This document shows positions 32,065 through 48,365 of a stretch of DNA of 64,000 nt, piece after piece. The notes under the pieces are model-generated. The model saw only the letters and a list, made by a program, of their open reading frames with translations, did no database searches and was not told where the DNA came from. The stretch is from NCBI GenBank assembly GCA_051294375.1, contig CM119269.1, forward strand, positions 10,770,883 to 10,834,882. Reading direction: 5' to 3'. Numbering within the stretch: the first letter of the stretch is position 1; each line of letters begins with the position of its first letter. This stretch comes from Paraspadella gotoi. Lineage: Eukaryota; Animalia; Chaetognatha. Both the position numbers and the translations under genes were made by a program.

Positions 32065-32940
32065 AAATTTAGGGAAGATCAGGGCCGAAGACAAGGGAGA
32101 TGCGAAGCAAGATTTAGGGAAGGATCAGGGCGAAGACCAAGGGGAGATTGCAAGCAGATTAGGGAAGGATCAGGGCAAAGGGACAAGGGAGATTGCGAGC
32201 AGATTTGGGGAAGAATCAGAGCCAAAGACAAGGGGAGATTGCGAAGGCAGATTTAGGAAAGGATCAGGGGGCAAAGGACAAGGGAGATTGCGAGGCAGAT
32301 TTAGGAAAGGATCAGGGCAAAGACAAGGAGATTTGCGAGCAGATTTAGGGAAGGATCAGCGGCAAAGACAAGGTGAGATTGCGAGCAGATTTGGGATAGA
32401 ATCAGGGCAATAAGACAAGGGAGATTGCGAGCAGATTTTAGGGGAAGGATTCAGGGCAAAGACAAAGGAGGGATTGCCGAAGCAGATTTGGGGAAGAATC
32501 ATGAGGCAAAGACAAGGGAGATTGAGAGCAGATTTAGGGAAGGATCAGGGGCAAGACAAGGAGATTGCGAGCAGATTTGGGGAAGAAATCAGAGGCTAAA
32601 GACAAGGGAGATTGCGAGCAGATTTAGGGACGGGATCAGTCGGCAAGACAAGGGGAGATTCGCGAGGCAGATTTTAGGAAAGGATCAGGGCAAAAGACAA
32701 GGAGATTTGCGAGCAGATTTAGGAAAGGATTCAGGGCAAAGACAAGGGAGATTGCGAGCAGATTTAGGGGAAGGATCAGGGCAAAGACAAGGGAGATTGC
32801 GAGCAAGATTTAGGAAGGATCAGGGCAAGACAAGGAGATTGCGAGCAGATTTGGGGAAGAATCAGGGCAAACAAGGGAGATGCGAAGCAGATTTAGGGAA
32901 GAGATCAGGGCAAAGACAAGGGAGGATTGCGAGGCAGATT
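32065..32940 (+). repeat. 44-bp minisatellite, second long array
   Basis: Same unit as 20540-21397. Confidence 0.92.
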
Positions 32941-33660
32941 ACTAGCAGCAAGGATGAGAGCCAAATTTACTAGAAACCAGCGGCGAAGCGAAGTTTTGAA
33001 TAATGGACGGAACTTCGATGTGAGAGGCGAGGAACTGAGATTGGGCGACGACGAGAGAGAGAAAACAATAGAAACTTATGAAATAAGCTTAATTCGTCTC
33101 ATATCACTCTCTCTCTCTCTCACTCTCTCTCTCTCTCTCTCTCCTCTCTCTCTCCTCTCTCTCTCTCCTCTCTCCTCTCTTCTCTCTCTCTTCTCTTTTT
33201 CTTGACTCGTCGCCTCGTTCGAGTTTTTTAAACGGCGCCGAGAAAATGGGCCAACGATAGGTTGAGTTGAGTTTGAGATGAAGAGAGACAGACACGAGAA
33301 GAGAGAGAGAGAAGAGAGGAGAGAGAGGGAGAGGAGAGAAACAGGAAAAGGAAAAGAACGGATTGCGTAAAAGAAGCGGAAACAGTGTTAGAAAATGAAG
33401 AGATAAGGTAATGATAATAGGCGGAAATAGGAAGCTGGAAGGGTAAAGGATAGAAAAAGAGGGGCGATGAGAAAGGGAGGAAATGAGAAAGAGAAGGAAC
33501 AATATCGGGGAATGAGAGGGGTTCGGACCAGTTAGCTCTGAACAGGGAGCGAGACTATTAGGAAAATTTAAGGCCATTCCATTAAATCCCTTTCCCTGCC
33601 CGATTGATAAATTTCTCCTCTGGTTGACAGGAAGCCAAGCGTGATTGCCTTAGCCTCATT

Positions 33661-33700
<40 letters not shown>

Positions 33701-35558
33701 TCTCTCTCTCTCTCTTCTCTCTCTCTCCTCTCTCTCTTCTCTCTCTCTCTCTACTCGTCTCTCTCTCAACTTTCAAGAAAGATTGAGGCTTCCATAATGT
33801 CCAGTCGCGGTGCTGAGCCTCCTATCAAGTTCAGAACCTCGTTGACAAAGGCATTAATATTTATATTTTTTTAGGGAAAAAATATTCTGATCGGATGAGG
33901 AGATTTTTATGAAGGGCCCTTTTGACCAGGGTCTTGTAGCGCGGAAAGAAAAGGAGATAGAACGGATAGATGGATTAGATTCGATGGAAAGCCGGACTAC
34001 GTGGAGCACGTAAAACGTAAACGTAAAGACCCTAATTAATGTATGATTTATTAATTGTTTTGGAATTATGGATGACATAATTATATAGCCATAAAATTAC
34101 AACAATTTGATCGATCAGTGGAGATCCCAGAGTATTTTTATCCCGGCTACCTTCAATGATCAACCGACCGTTCTTTACATCTTTTTTGCAGTTCCCCGTC
34201 CCAGCAGATGGGCGAACCATTGCCCAACGCCCTCTGAGCATTGACCAATCGTCGGCGTTGGGGTGTGGCGGCGGGGACCTACGATGAAACGGCATCTTGC
34301 GGACGAAAAAAAAAACAACAAAAAAACAAAAAACAAAACCAAAACAAAAACAATTAAAAAACAAAAAAAGTAACGACTCTAATAAAAGGAAAACAGAAAA
34401 AAAAAAATTAGGAAAAACCCAACAAAAAAAAAATCCAAAAGCGGAAGAGACGATAAAAAGCAATCTACGACTACGACGAAAGGAAAAAGTGGAGATTTTA
34501 ATTAAGAGTTTATCTCATCGCTCAGTTTTACCCGTTTATCCATTTATCGTTTATGAATGCGCGCGTTGAGGCATACGAACTCCCAGGTGGTTTGAGTAAG
34601 AAAAAAGGTTGTCGCGGTACCAGTTGCGACGTAATTTATTGAGTTGCATGATTAAAAATAATTGATTAAAAGTTGAAAAAAAAAAATCATTTCTCATTTT
34701 CTGTTAAACGTACACTTAAGATGGTCACGTTGCGTCGTATTTTCCATCGTAATTGGATTACTTATTATTTTTACGGCTTCAAAACTTTCAATTAAAAAAA
34801 AAACATTTTTTAGTATTTCCGGGTTATACGGAGATTTCCTTTATGCTACAGACAAAAGAGGCACCAAATAAAGTCTATCTCTCTATTACGAAATTAATAG
34901 GAATATTTTTTTAACTCCTCCTAAAAATGCAGAAAAAATTTTGAATCGTAACTTCTTGAAATAAAATTTGAAATGAAAATTAAACTTACAGTAATTCACA
35001 TACACGTTGATTTTAATTTTATTTCCAAAAGCGATTTGGGGAAGAAATAAGTTCTTGGAGAGGTTAATTGTGTTCGACGATTGTTTTGAAAATCGAGAGA
35101 AGTGGAGAGTGGAACAGCTGCATAAGGCGATCACTAGCAAGTAGTAGGGGTGATAATCGTGAATTGGATTGGAAAATAAAAATGGCGGGAAATGGACGGG
35201 ATGAGAAACTATTCGATTTGACATAGATTATAGAGATGGTATGATATGAACTAGTTGAACACTGAAGACTGAAGTGAGTTGGAGAGTATTATGCGCGGAG
35301 AAGGAGGAAGGAGAAAAGATTGAGGCTCAAGAAGGAGGAAGGAGAAGGAGAAAAGGAGAAAAGATTGAAGGCTCAAGAAGGAGGAAGAGGAAAGGAGAAA
35401 GATTGAGGCTCAAGAAAGGAGGAAGGAGCGAAAGGAGAAAAGATTGAGCTCAAAGAAGGAGGAAGGAGAAAGGAGAAAACAGATGAGGCCTCAAGAGAGG
35501 CCGAGAGGACGAAGGACGAGACAAGAGGTGAGAGACAACCAAAAAGATATATCAAAAG

Positions 35559-35631
<73 letters not shown>

Positions 35632-35804
35632 AAGGGTTCGCGGGCAGGTCAAGCGAGAGCGTCAAGGAAACGAAGGAATCAGGTCAGTTCAAAAGGTCAA
35701 AGGTCATTTGATCAGCAGGTCAAAGCAAGGACCCTAAACGGTAACGGAAAAAGGGGGAACACGGTAAAGCGAGAACATGACGCAAAAGACCGATTCCTCT
35801 CTCT

Positions 35805-35878
<74 letters not shown>

Positions 35879-36517
35879 TCTCTCTCTCTCTCTGTCCACC
35901 TTTCGATTTTCTACTTACTATAAAATTTTTCGCGATATTATTCGGTCGGCTGAATTTTGCTTACGGAGCGATTCACGTCGACCCAGACGACGAGTCGGAA
36001 GCTGAATTTCGTCTACACTACCGAGCGATTCACGTCGACAGACGCGAGTCGGAAGCTAGAAAATAGCAAATCATAATAGTAGTATATCATAACATTATAC
36101 GCTTACTGCAACAAAAATATGAATAAGAAGAGTCTTCATTCTTTAATCATATCTTATCAATTCTTTTTCGAATTCAAACACGTTAGGATTTGATAAAATT
36201 GCAATTGAGAAATTACGTTCATACTGCATAAGTGCATATATATGGGACTAAGGTAATATCTATTTTGTATGCAGTGAAACATGCAAGTTGAAACATCTAT
36301 GACCCGAATAACCAACCTCTTTGCGCACTTGCTACTTGGGACTAAAGAAAGTGAAAAGGGAGCATCGAGCTAAGGAAAGAAAAAATTAAATGAATTGCTT
36401 TTGTTACGAAAAAGAAATTGTGGTTGGATGATAATGAGATGGCGGTGCGGAAAAAGATTGAAACTGAGAAAACTCTCTTGAAATGAAAAAGAAGAAAATG
36501 AAGAAAGAAAGAAAGAT

Positions 36518-36552
<35 letters not shown>

Positions 36553-38112
36553 AACGCAGATAGAAAGAGCGAAAGATAGATGGAAGTCGGAGAACTAAAA
36601 ATCTCAATAAAGTAGGAGAATAATGTTGGCGGAAAATAGAAAGGAAATGAAAGGAAGCGCCTGGTGAGAGGCTCTGAAAGAAAAGTGAGGGAGAGAGGGG
36701 ACAAGAAAAACCAGTGGCATGACTGGTAAGTTAAATAATTTGTAATAATGGAATACCTAAAAATTAATGTAACCTAATTAGCCGAAAAAAATAATTTTTC
36801 ATAATTTTAAAATATGATGTATTGAAATTCAGTTGAACTTTCGTTTTGTTGCCTTTATAGAAAAAAAAATTGTTTGTTAACAAACAACGATTTTTTGTTG
36901 TTGTTTGTTTGTTTGTTAACTAGCAAACTTTGTTTTTCTCTCTAAATATTATCTTAGAAATGATTTTAATTTAGGCGAACGAATAATTAGACATTAAATC
37001 TTACATTAATAATATTTATTGTGAAAGACAAAGATTAAAAATTAATTATAGTATTACAAAGTTGATTCTGGTATTCTAGAATTATGCCGTCAAGTCCACC
37101 GTTATCGCTACCGCTGAAAGAGAGAGGATAAAAAAAATAACGAAAAAATAAAAAAAAGAAATAAAAAAATAGGGAAAAGAGAAATTACATTAGCGCAGAA
37201 ATGATTCACTGGCGTCATAAAAGAGAAGAATTTTCGCTCCTTTTCATTTTGTGTACCGACATCGAAAAATGGAGGGAATTCATTCTTTGAAACTACGTAT
37301 TCCAATTTTATTTTATAAACGGGGATGACGGTTTTCGCCCAGGGAGAAATGTAGGTCTGAAACAGCCAATAGAAGACCGGTTGTCATTGAAACTGGATGC
37401 AAGACAAACATTCCCGATTTGAGGGTCCAGAGGGGCACAAAAATTGGATGCTGGTTGCGGGATAATTTCTGACATTTTGTAATTTGTGTGGCAATTCCGT
37501 TTTTTGTTTTTATTTATACAAAAGTGAAATCAACGTAAAATAATTTTCTGGTCTCAGCGTTAGTACAACACTATAAATAACGAATTTCCGTCTTTATACA
37601 ATTTCAGGCAAAGGATCAAAACCACTCAAAAACCACCTAAATCTCTCCAAATATCTCTCCTCTCCCCAACGGTCATTCCTTCCCCTCGCGCGCGGGCTAT
37701 TAAGGAGGCCATTAACGCTTATTTTCATACATTTTTGCTCCCCTGCCGCCGCCGCTACCACCGCCGCGCGCCGCCGCCCACCGCCCTCCTCCTCATGAAA
37801 CCCCGGGTCTGGCGGTCAAGTCCCTCCGATCCCGCGAGGGGCAAAAGCGAATCCAAATCCGGGGATCGCATAAATATTTCTTTCCCGCGTAAATATTTTT
37901 CGGAAAATCCTGACGTCGAAACCCGAACGACTCGAATCATCAAAGAACATTTTTTACGAATATTAATTTTTTTTTCTTTTCGTATTCCAGGCTGATATAT
38001 ATAAACTGTAGTTGTAAAATGTTCGCTCGATTGTGATCGCGTCTCGACATAGAAGATTAAAAATAAATCGTTTAGTCTTATTTTAAAACGTTTAATGACA
38101 TTTGGTTTTCAG

Positions 38113-38416
38113 GGACAATTGAAACGGGAACCTTCCAAGAGTTCATTAGGAGCTTGTGCTGTTCGTGTTCAGTATAGCTTCAATCTAACATTTAAGGCCA
38201 ATGATAACCGTATTTAATGAGTTTGTACAGATAACATTACTAATGATACCGGCACAACCAACATCACCTGAAAAAGGGGGTGCCAGCGATGCCATGGATA
38301 CCGAAGATGCCGCAGATGCCACCGTTCCGTCCATCTGTGAAGAAATGGCGCTGACTCAATTCTTCCAAAACGAGTTCTCGACTACAGACGTGGAAAGACC
38401 GCGTGCCAACTGCTAA
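38113..38416 (+). CDS. Putative terminal exon of an unidentified gene inside the duplicated unit (noisier copy 26649-26952)
   Basis: TTTTCAG acceptor, then a two-copy consensus TIETGTFQEFIRSLCVRVQYSFNQHLRPMITVFNEFVQITLLMIPAQPTSPEKGG..ERPRANC-stop. Needs indel correction and no homology recognised. Confidence 0.25.
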
Positions 38417-38632
38417 TGGATCCGAGTTCGGGCGAAAACAAGGGTCTCCTCTCCCTTTCTCTTTCTCCCTCTCGCTCTCTCTCTTTCTCTCTCTCTCGCT
38501 CTCTATCCTCCCCGCTCCTTTATCCATTACTTAATGATTTTCTCCGACAACACAGTTTCAGAAGAGAAAAAGCGTCAGAAAGCCACGGCAACCGTTGGGT
38601 AGCCATAACTTTTTTGAAAGCCAATTAACTGC

Positions 38633-38673
<41 letters not shown>

Positions 38674-39414
38674 TCTATCTCTTCTCTGCTCCTCTTCTTC
38701 TCTCTGTGCCAATACATTAATCCGTCGCCCACGTCTTCCTCCTTCTCCTTTTTTGCTTCTCTCTTTCTTTCTCCTTACGAAGTCAACTATGAATAGAAAA
38801 AAGGGAGGAAAGAAAAGAAAAATCGTTAAAATCAATGAGACTTGATTAGCATCGCCATCTTTACGCCACCTCCGGGACCCGGATGCAGGACGAGAGAGGA
38901 CGAGAGGACGAAAGAGAGGCGAGAATCCGAGAGAGAAGGTGAGGTACTGGATGGGAGAGAAGGGGAAGGTTTTTTTTTAGTATTTGCTTTAAGCCTCTGC
39001 GTTTTTTTTTTCCGATTCGTGGAATTCTCGCAGTTTAAAATGTTAAAATAATGTCTGATATCGATTCGAATAAACGTACAAAAAGTTTAAAAATATTCGA
39101 ATGAGAGAGAGAGAGAGAAAAAAAAAGAACCGTCCATTTTCTGTCTCCTCGTCACGAATTTAAAAAAAAAAGACTAGAATATTTTGCATAAATTTTCCTC
39201 TCGAGCTTTTTTCCCATCCTGTCGAATGAACAATCAAATGCCCATTGGCTGCTGAGGACCGCCATCTGGCTCGAATCGAGTCCGGGAAAGAGGGGAGGGG
39301 ACAGGACGGGGTGAGGACCGGGTGAGGACAGGCCAGGGAAAGATGAGTTTCACAGGAACGAGGAATCGGTTTTAGTTGACAGAACGGTCACAATCTGGAA
39401 CAATCTTGATTGGG

Positions 39415-39545
39415 ACCTGCTATGTCATTATCTCGTAAGAGTGATGGAGGCCCTCAACCACCAAAGCCTGTCCAAAGTCAGGGGCAAGAAAGCTTATTTA
39501 TTAAATGAACGGATATTTTTTATATTGGTTGAATCAATTTCATAT
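39415..39545 (+). mobile_element. Short interspersed repeat, copy 1 of 3 (others 41080-41225 and 50843-50915) with a common 3' end
   Basis: Shared CCAAAGTCAGGGGCAAGA..TTATTTATTAAATGAA..TATATTGGTTG..CAATTTCATA. Confidence 0.7.
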
Positions 39546-42210
39546 AAAATGGGGGAGTAAAACCTACGGAAATGCGCGCGGGTAAAGAGGGCGTTCCTCA
39601 TTGGGGGAGAGACGCGAACTGATATGAAATACAGAAAGGAAGTCTTCTGTCTCTTTTGGACGAGCAGGCAGATGCTTCCCCTTTCGCTCAGCAACTGAGT
39701 TGAGCCTTTTCCTTTCGATTGAGAAAACCGTTTGTAATGGCGTTGTTTAGTCCACCGAGTAAAGGGAAGCGAGGGGGGGATATTTTAAAGAAGAGAAGAG
39801 CAAACAATGTAAACAAAATAAAGATCGATTCAAAAAGGGCGAGAAATTTTGACAGTGTAGAAGACGAAAATAATAATAATAAAAGTGAGGTGAAGGTGAA
39901 GAATTGTGACGATGTAAGTCGCCTCAACAGTAAGATTAAATGTCAAATTATATCAGATTCCTCTCGACAGCAAAGCTTTTTTGAAATGGATAACTATATG
40001 CATTTACTATCATAAGAAGGTTGCGGGGGTCACAAAACATATTAATGGACATTGAACGATCTCCATTTATATTGCTTTTTGTTGGTGAGAAAAAAATATC
40101 GATTCTCTTACAACATCATCTCATTAGCTCAAATGATGAAGGCAATATTTAATGCATAAACTACAATGTTACAAGACTTCCTCTGGCGTCGAAATGAATC
40201 AAGAATTTAAAGATTGTCCAATGTCCAGCGAAGCTTTCACGACAAAGGGTTCGATGATTCTCCGACAAAGATTTTCCTGATGGGCGGAATCCCAGAGGAG
40301 GCGTGACGGAATCAAAGAAGCCTCGTTTCCTCTCGACGTCAGGATTAAAGAGATTCGATTATGACGCGTCGAGGGACGGACCGCGTGGGTGGGGAGTGGG
40401 CCTGGGGAGGTGGGTAAGGGTACAAAGTAGAGAGAGGGGGGTTTGAAAATTTGCGAGCTTTTCTCTCTTAATAACGAGAATTGCACTTCCTCATGAAACG
40501 AGGTCGACATTCTCGATGAGATAGGATTGACTGATTTTGATAAGGCCGAATAATTCCGGAAGATTGTGACTGCTCTACATGTACATTGCACAACACCCCT
40601 TTTCCTTTTTCCGAATGTAATCTCAGACGTTGTTTCTCTTAGAACCATCATGAAGAATAGGAGATCGGCTCATTCCGGAAAATTCGTAAAATATTCATAA
40701 ATACACGGGCAAAGAAAGTCATATCATATGATCAAAGGGAAAAACACCTGAAAATAAAGTCATTGCGGCGCAACACATTGAAATTACCGTTCATGTTTAA
40801 CAAAAATAAAAACAAATGCTGCGTAACTTACCTTTTTACGAGCTATTTACTAGCCCATACATTTTTTTACTGCTTTTTTGTCTACTTGTATAACATTAAT
40901 TAATTGTGTTGGAAAAAACCCATGTGGTTAACTGCGCTGAATCCGATCGCAAAAGAAAATATACATATATATATATACATATACATATACATACATGTTT
41001 TCATACAATTGAAACATTCTTTGAAATATTATACCACTTCATTGATAGGGAAGCCAGGTACTCTGGGAGTGAATAAACGAGACTGCTATGTCATTATCTT
41101 GTAAGAGTGATGAAGGCCTTAAACCACCAAAGCCTGTCCATTGGACAGTGTCCAAAGTCAGGGGCAAGATAGCTTATTTATTAAATGAATGGATAATTTT
41201 TATATTGGTTGTACCAATTTCATACAACAGAATACTGTCGAAGTTTTTTTCTCCATCCTAGTTAATTTTAAGAATGAAATTTTTGTCTCTCACAAAAGGA
41301 GGACATTATGAGCATACACTAAGTCAGTTTTGCAGAGATATACTGCTTTTTAAAAACGTCAAGGACTTTTCTTATAATAAGTTCACTATTATCTAGAAGT
41401 TTCTGAGTAACAATTTTTTTCTTTGTGACTTCCGTTCTGTGGACCGAGTGATTTAATTAATTAATTAATTAATTAATTAATTAACCGTCTGATGGTTGAA
41501 ATCCGTAATCAGACGAGACCTCAGGAGTCCATTCATCTATATTTTCCACCACGGGACTCGAACTCGACACCGTTGTGAGTGCAAGGAAAAAAAAAAGACA
41601 AGGAGTAGCGAGAGACTTGTGGCATCAACGATGAAAATGCTGTGATTTTAATTAAATAACCGTAGCAACGATTAATAACAATGAGGGTGTTCACGGCGCG
41701 AAAAGCACGAAATTGTCCTTTCACCGAACAATGAATGGTGTCAAAATTGTTCTTTGTCCCCTTACCCTTTCCTTTCAATACCCTCCAAAATGTACCGACT
41801 TGCAGTTCTCTTCATTAATGCTACAATTTTTCTTCCATTCCAAATTTCCAAAGAAGTTCTTTCTTTTTTTTTAATGACTTTAAAAAGAAAATTAATGGTT
41901 TTGGAATTCAATAAAATGACTCAAAAAGTCGTTAAGCGTGTTTTAAAAAAATCGCGCTTCGACTTTCTCTTCTGTTTAATAAACAAGCGTTCTCNNNNNN
42001 NNNNNNNNNNNNNNNNNNNNNNNNNNNNNNNNNNNNNNNNNNNNNNNNNNNNNNNNNNNNNNNNNNNNNNNNNNNNNNNNNNNNNNNNNNNNNNNNNNNN
42101 NNNNNNNNNNNNNNNNNNNNNNNNNNNNNNNNNNNNNNNNNNNNNNNNNNNNNNNNNNNNNNNNNNNNNNNNNNNNNNNNNNNNNNNNNNNNNNNNNNNN
42201 NNNNNNNNNN

Positions 42211-42245
<35 letters not shown>

Positions 42246-42857
42246 CAAATCCCGATTTTTTTGAAATATTACATAAATAACTTGATTTCGCAAATTCTAA
42301 ATTACTAAAAAAATGTTTTCTCTTCCATCTTAAATCCTTTAACAAATACGTGGCTGCTTCAGTTCACACGCATCTAATCGATGCCCTCATCCCCTGATCG
42401 CTATCAACAAACAAATCCAATCGTCAGCTTTCAGCTCAGAATTTTTGATACTCCGAATTACAGTACTTCAGAAATATTTTTTCTTTAAAAGACATAATAT
42501 TACCCGTTGACTTAGGATCGCGAAAGTAACATTCTGACTACTATTTATTCGTATTACTACCAAGACAGTAAATCGTCGCCATGTATTCCAAATGTTTAGA
42601 AACCTCGTCCAGATCGGGAGGAGCTTCTGGCTCCGACGCACCACTCGCATCCAGCCGCTAACGACCCCTGTACCCACCTTCTGCGCCCACGCATACCCAT
42701 CACATGCTTCCGCTACACCTCCCTTCACGCCGCCACCGACGCCGGCCGTCGCGAATCCATCCCGGCCCGGAATTTACCTCCTCCGCCGCTCGACGGTTTT
42801 GCTTTGCTGATTTGGCGGATTTTTGCCCCATGATTCCGCGAGAGAGAGAGAGAGGAG

Positions 42858-42899
<42 letters not shown>

Positions 42900-44309
42900 C
42901 ACGAGCGTTATCTCTTCGACCCTCGACGACAGATGGACGACGACGATGGGGACGATTGTGGCCAAACTGCAACAACCACAACGACTGCTCGTCCTGTTCT
43001 ATAACTGAGCAGTAGGGTGGAGTGATGAAAAGATTGAGCGATGTAACAATGTCTTTTTGCTGCTTTTGTATATGTATTAAAAACTAATTAAACCTTTTTT
43101 CAAATAAATTTTGCATATCAATATCATTAATTGAATTTTCTTTATGGTATTACCCTTATAAAATCATAAAAAATAAAAATTAGATTTTTTTTTAAATTTT
43201 AAGAACAGTTTTGGATTTTCCGGAAAATACTGAAAAACTTTTGTAAAATATGTTTAATTATATTTTTAGCTTAAAGCTGCGAAAAATGACTAAAACGTTT
43301 CACCACATAGTAGTTTCTACTTCAGAGCGTGAAAAAATAAAGAATTTTAACATTTTTTTCCTTTTTTGATATTGAGGACATTAAAATTTTTAATAACATA
43401 TTTTATATTTTTGATCTAACTTTTTATAAAAAATTAGAATCTTGTAATTAATGATACTGTTCCCCAAACAATATAAGCAAAATAGTTTTTGTAGTCCTTA
43501 ATCATACGATCTCACGTCTAAATATCCTTTTTTGTTCACTCTAATAAAATTTATGTTCCAAAGTTCCTACNNNNNNNNNNNNNNNNNNNNNNNNNNNNNN
43601 NNNNNNNNNNNNNNNNNNNNNNNNNNNNNNNNNNNNNNNNNNNNNNNNNNNNNNNNNNNNNNNNNNNNNNNNNNNNNNNNNNNNNNNNNNNNNNNNNNNN
43701 NNNNNNNNNNNNNNNNNNNNNNNNNNNNNNNNNNNNNNNNNNNNNNNNNNNNNNNNNNNNNNNNNNNNNNNNNNNNNNNNNNNNNNNNNNNNNNNNNNNN
43801 NNNNNNNNNNNNNNNNNNNNNNNNNNNNNNNNNNNNNNNNNNNNNNNNNNNNNNNNNNNNNNNNNNNNNNNNNNNNNNNNNNNNNNNNNNNNNNNNNNNN
43901 NNNNNNNNNNNNNNNNNNNNNNNNNNNNNNNNNNNNNNNNNNNNNNNNNNNNNNNNNNNNNNNNNNNNNNNNNNNNNNNNNNNNNNNNNNNNNNNNNNNN
44001 NNNNNNNNNNNNNNNNNNNNNNNNNNNNNNNNNNNNNNNNNNNNNNNNNNNNNNNNNNNNNNNNNNNNNNNNNNNNNNNNNNNGAAATCGTTATCTAAAG
44101 GACGTCGATCGTACGTGGAGCCGGCTACAAACCAAAGTTAATTGTAATATAACTTACGCAGTAGAAAATCAATCAGCTCGTCGGAAGCGAAATAACGAGC
44201 GTTTGGCTAACGAGAACTAACACAATGGAATTTCTCAAGCGATAATTGGCTCTAGATGCCTTTAAAAATGACTTCAAGAAAATCTATTGCGTACGTAGAA
44301 GCTAATGAT

Positions 44310-44340
<31 letters not shown>

Positions 44341-44512
44341 TACTAGTGTAAAACCAAATTTGAACGACGGTTCCTTCTTGCAGAAGGTATTTTGCATAAT
44401 CTATCTACTATCAATCACACTATCTTCCTATCTTTTTTTCAAACTCTCTCTTAGTCTCTTGTTTGGCCCATTTCAAGAAGTAAAAAACCACTTCGTCTTT
44501 TAAAAAGAACAT

Positions 44513-46500
<1,988 letters not shown>

Positions 46501-46705
46501 TATATATATTATTTAGAGAGAAGGAATTATGTCAGAGAAAGGGGAAGCGAATGCCAGACGAAAAAGCAAACAATGATTCGGATTAATTCGAGAATAAGTA
46601 GAGGGACAGAATAAGAAGTATTTTAGAAAGAGGAACCAGGGAGAGCGAGCTGACGTACTTGATATAAGAAGCGGTTCAGGAGAGAGAGAGAGAGAGAGAG
46701 AGGAG

Positions 46706-46742
<37 letters not shown>

Positions 46743-46954
46743 CGGGGACAAAGACGGAAAGTTGGGAGTCGTCATGGAAACAAAAATGATGACAAGAGGC
46801 AGAAACCAAAATTATCAGTATCAGTATAATTATCATATCATTATTATGAGTATAATTATCAGTATCGATATTTCGACAACGACGATAACTATTATATACA
46901 TTTCATGATTTATATCAAACTCATTTAAAATGTTAAGTGTGAAGAGACAGTAAT

Positions 46955-47128
46955 TATTGTTATGAACCGTTCAATGTAAGCAGTCCCTAAGCTTCAGATC
47001 AGGCTGTAACACCATGTTACAGGCGGGTTAAGCGCCCCGTCCCTCTTAACTGCCAGACGACCACCGGGCTAGAACCCCGGACCTTTGGGTTGGGCGGCGA
47101 ATGACTTGCCTCCGGCACCAATGGCCGC
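46955..47128 (-). mobile_element. tRNA-derived SINE
   Basis: The minus strand begins GCGGCCATTGGTGCCGGAGG (A-box-like, 47120-47109) and has GGTTCTAGCCC (B-box-like, 47076-47066). The body TTAAGAGGGACGGGGCGCT.AACCCGCCTGTAACA is shared with a second copy at 57166-57645. Confidence 0.7.
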
Positions 47129-48329
47129 TGATGAACGGTTAGTGGATTTTAGTCCACCATAAGTGTTAAATTGACGATTGAAAACATAAAAATCAAAACA
47201 AAGTAAATTAAAATATACAAAATTTAATTTCATTGACGTTTCATGTTTCTTTGACAGCCAATACGTTGAAGACATCAATGATTTCGATGATAACGCTGAT
47301 CACATTTGGCCTACGAAACCAAAATGAAGAGAAAATGAAGAATGAACAAAGCCCAGAGACCACGACGACATTGATGGAAAAAACGCTGAGATAAGAAAAA
47401 TATAGTACCTTAATAGACGACGACGACGACGACGACGACGACTACGACTTTAGTAGATACGCAAAAGGTTCATTTTCCTCCGACGTGGAGGCTTCCACTA
47501 AATTGTGTAGACTCTCGAACCGTGAACTCGCCTTCCCTCTATTTCCATTCAATCGATGCCCATTCACTCTCTTTTCCTCCATTTTTTCCCCATCTCGCTC
47601 TCGCTCTCGCTCTCTCTCTCTCTCTCTCACTCTCTGCCCATTTCTGGCTTGGATCGGTTCCCCATTTCAATACACTCCTGGGGTTTAAGAGGTGAAGGAG
47701 GCACTGAACGTGAGGCATCACGTGACGAGGGTGCAAGATTGAAGCGTGGGGTGACGTAATAAGATATGCATATGTAAGTAGTAAGTACGTATATTTCAAG
47801 TATATCGAAATTCGAACCTTAAAACGGCAAACTTAATAATTCATATGAAAATTAAAAGAGAATCTTACGAAACATTCGTTTGCTTTGAGTGCCCTTTTTC
47901 GCATAAACATGAAATCTGTTTAATGTTTGATAAAAAAAAATAAAGGAAAAAAAATAACGGCGGGAGAAAAACCGAAAGTGAGAAAAAAAAACAAGTTTTT
48001 GACGAGAAAAGGAAGGAAACGCCAGAGGATAATAAGTAATTACTATAATAAATAAGAGATTAATGTCTTATATCGAGAATAAGAAGGGAAAATGGGTGTT
48101 CTCGCGCCTGCGTGATGGCTTAGGCGGAGAGGTTTATATATGAGGAATTGGCTGACGGAGAAATCGAATGGAATAAAAGGAGGAAAAAAAGGAGAACCAG
48201 GGAATAAATATTAAAAGAATGAAGTGGAGGAAAAGAAAAATAGAAGAAAAAGAGAAAGAGCAAAATAAAGAAAGAAGGAAAAGAGGAAAGAAAGAAAAAA
48301 GAAAGAAAGAAAGAAAGAAAGAAAGAAAA

Positions 48330-48365
<36 letters not shown>

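Larger units (their letters stand above)
30508..39398 (+). repeat. ~9 kb direct duplication, copy 2
   Basis: Colinear with 18964-28054. Like copy 1, it starts immediately after an N gap with identical sequence. Confidence 0.92.

Noticed and set aside
38285-38330. Minus-strand GICGIFGI resembling an Ntn-amidotransferase start
   Set aside because: No initiator Met-Cys context and no downstream motifs.
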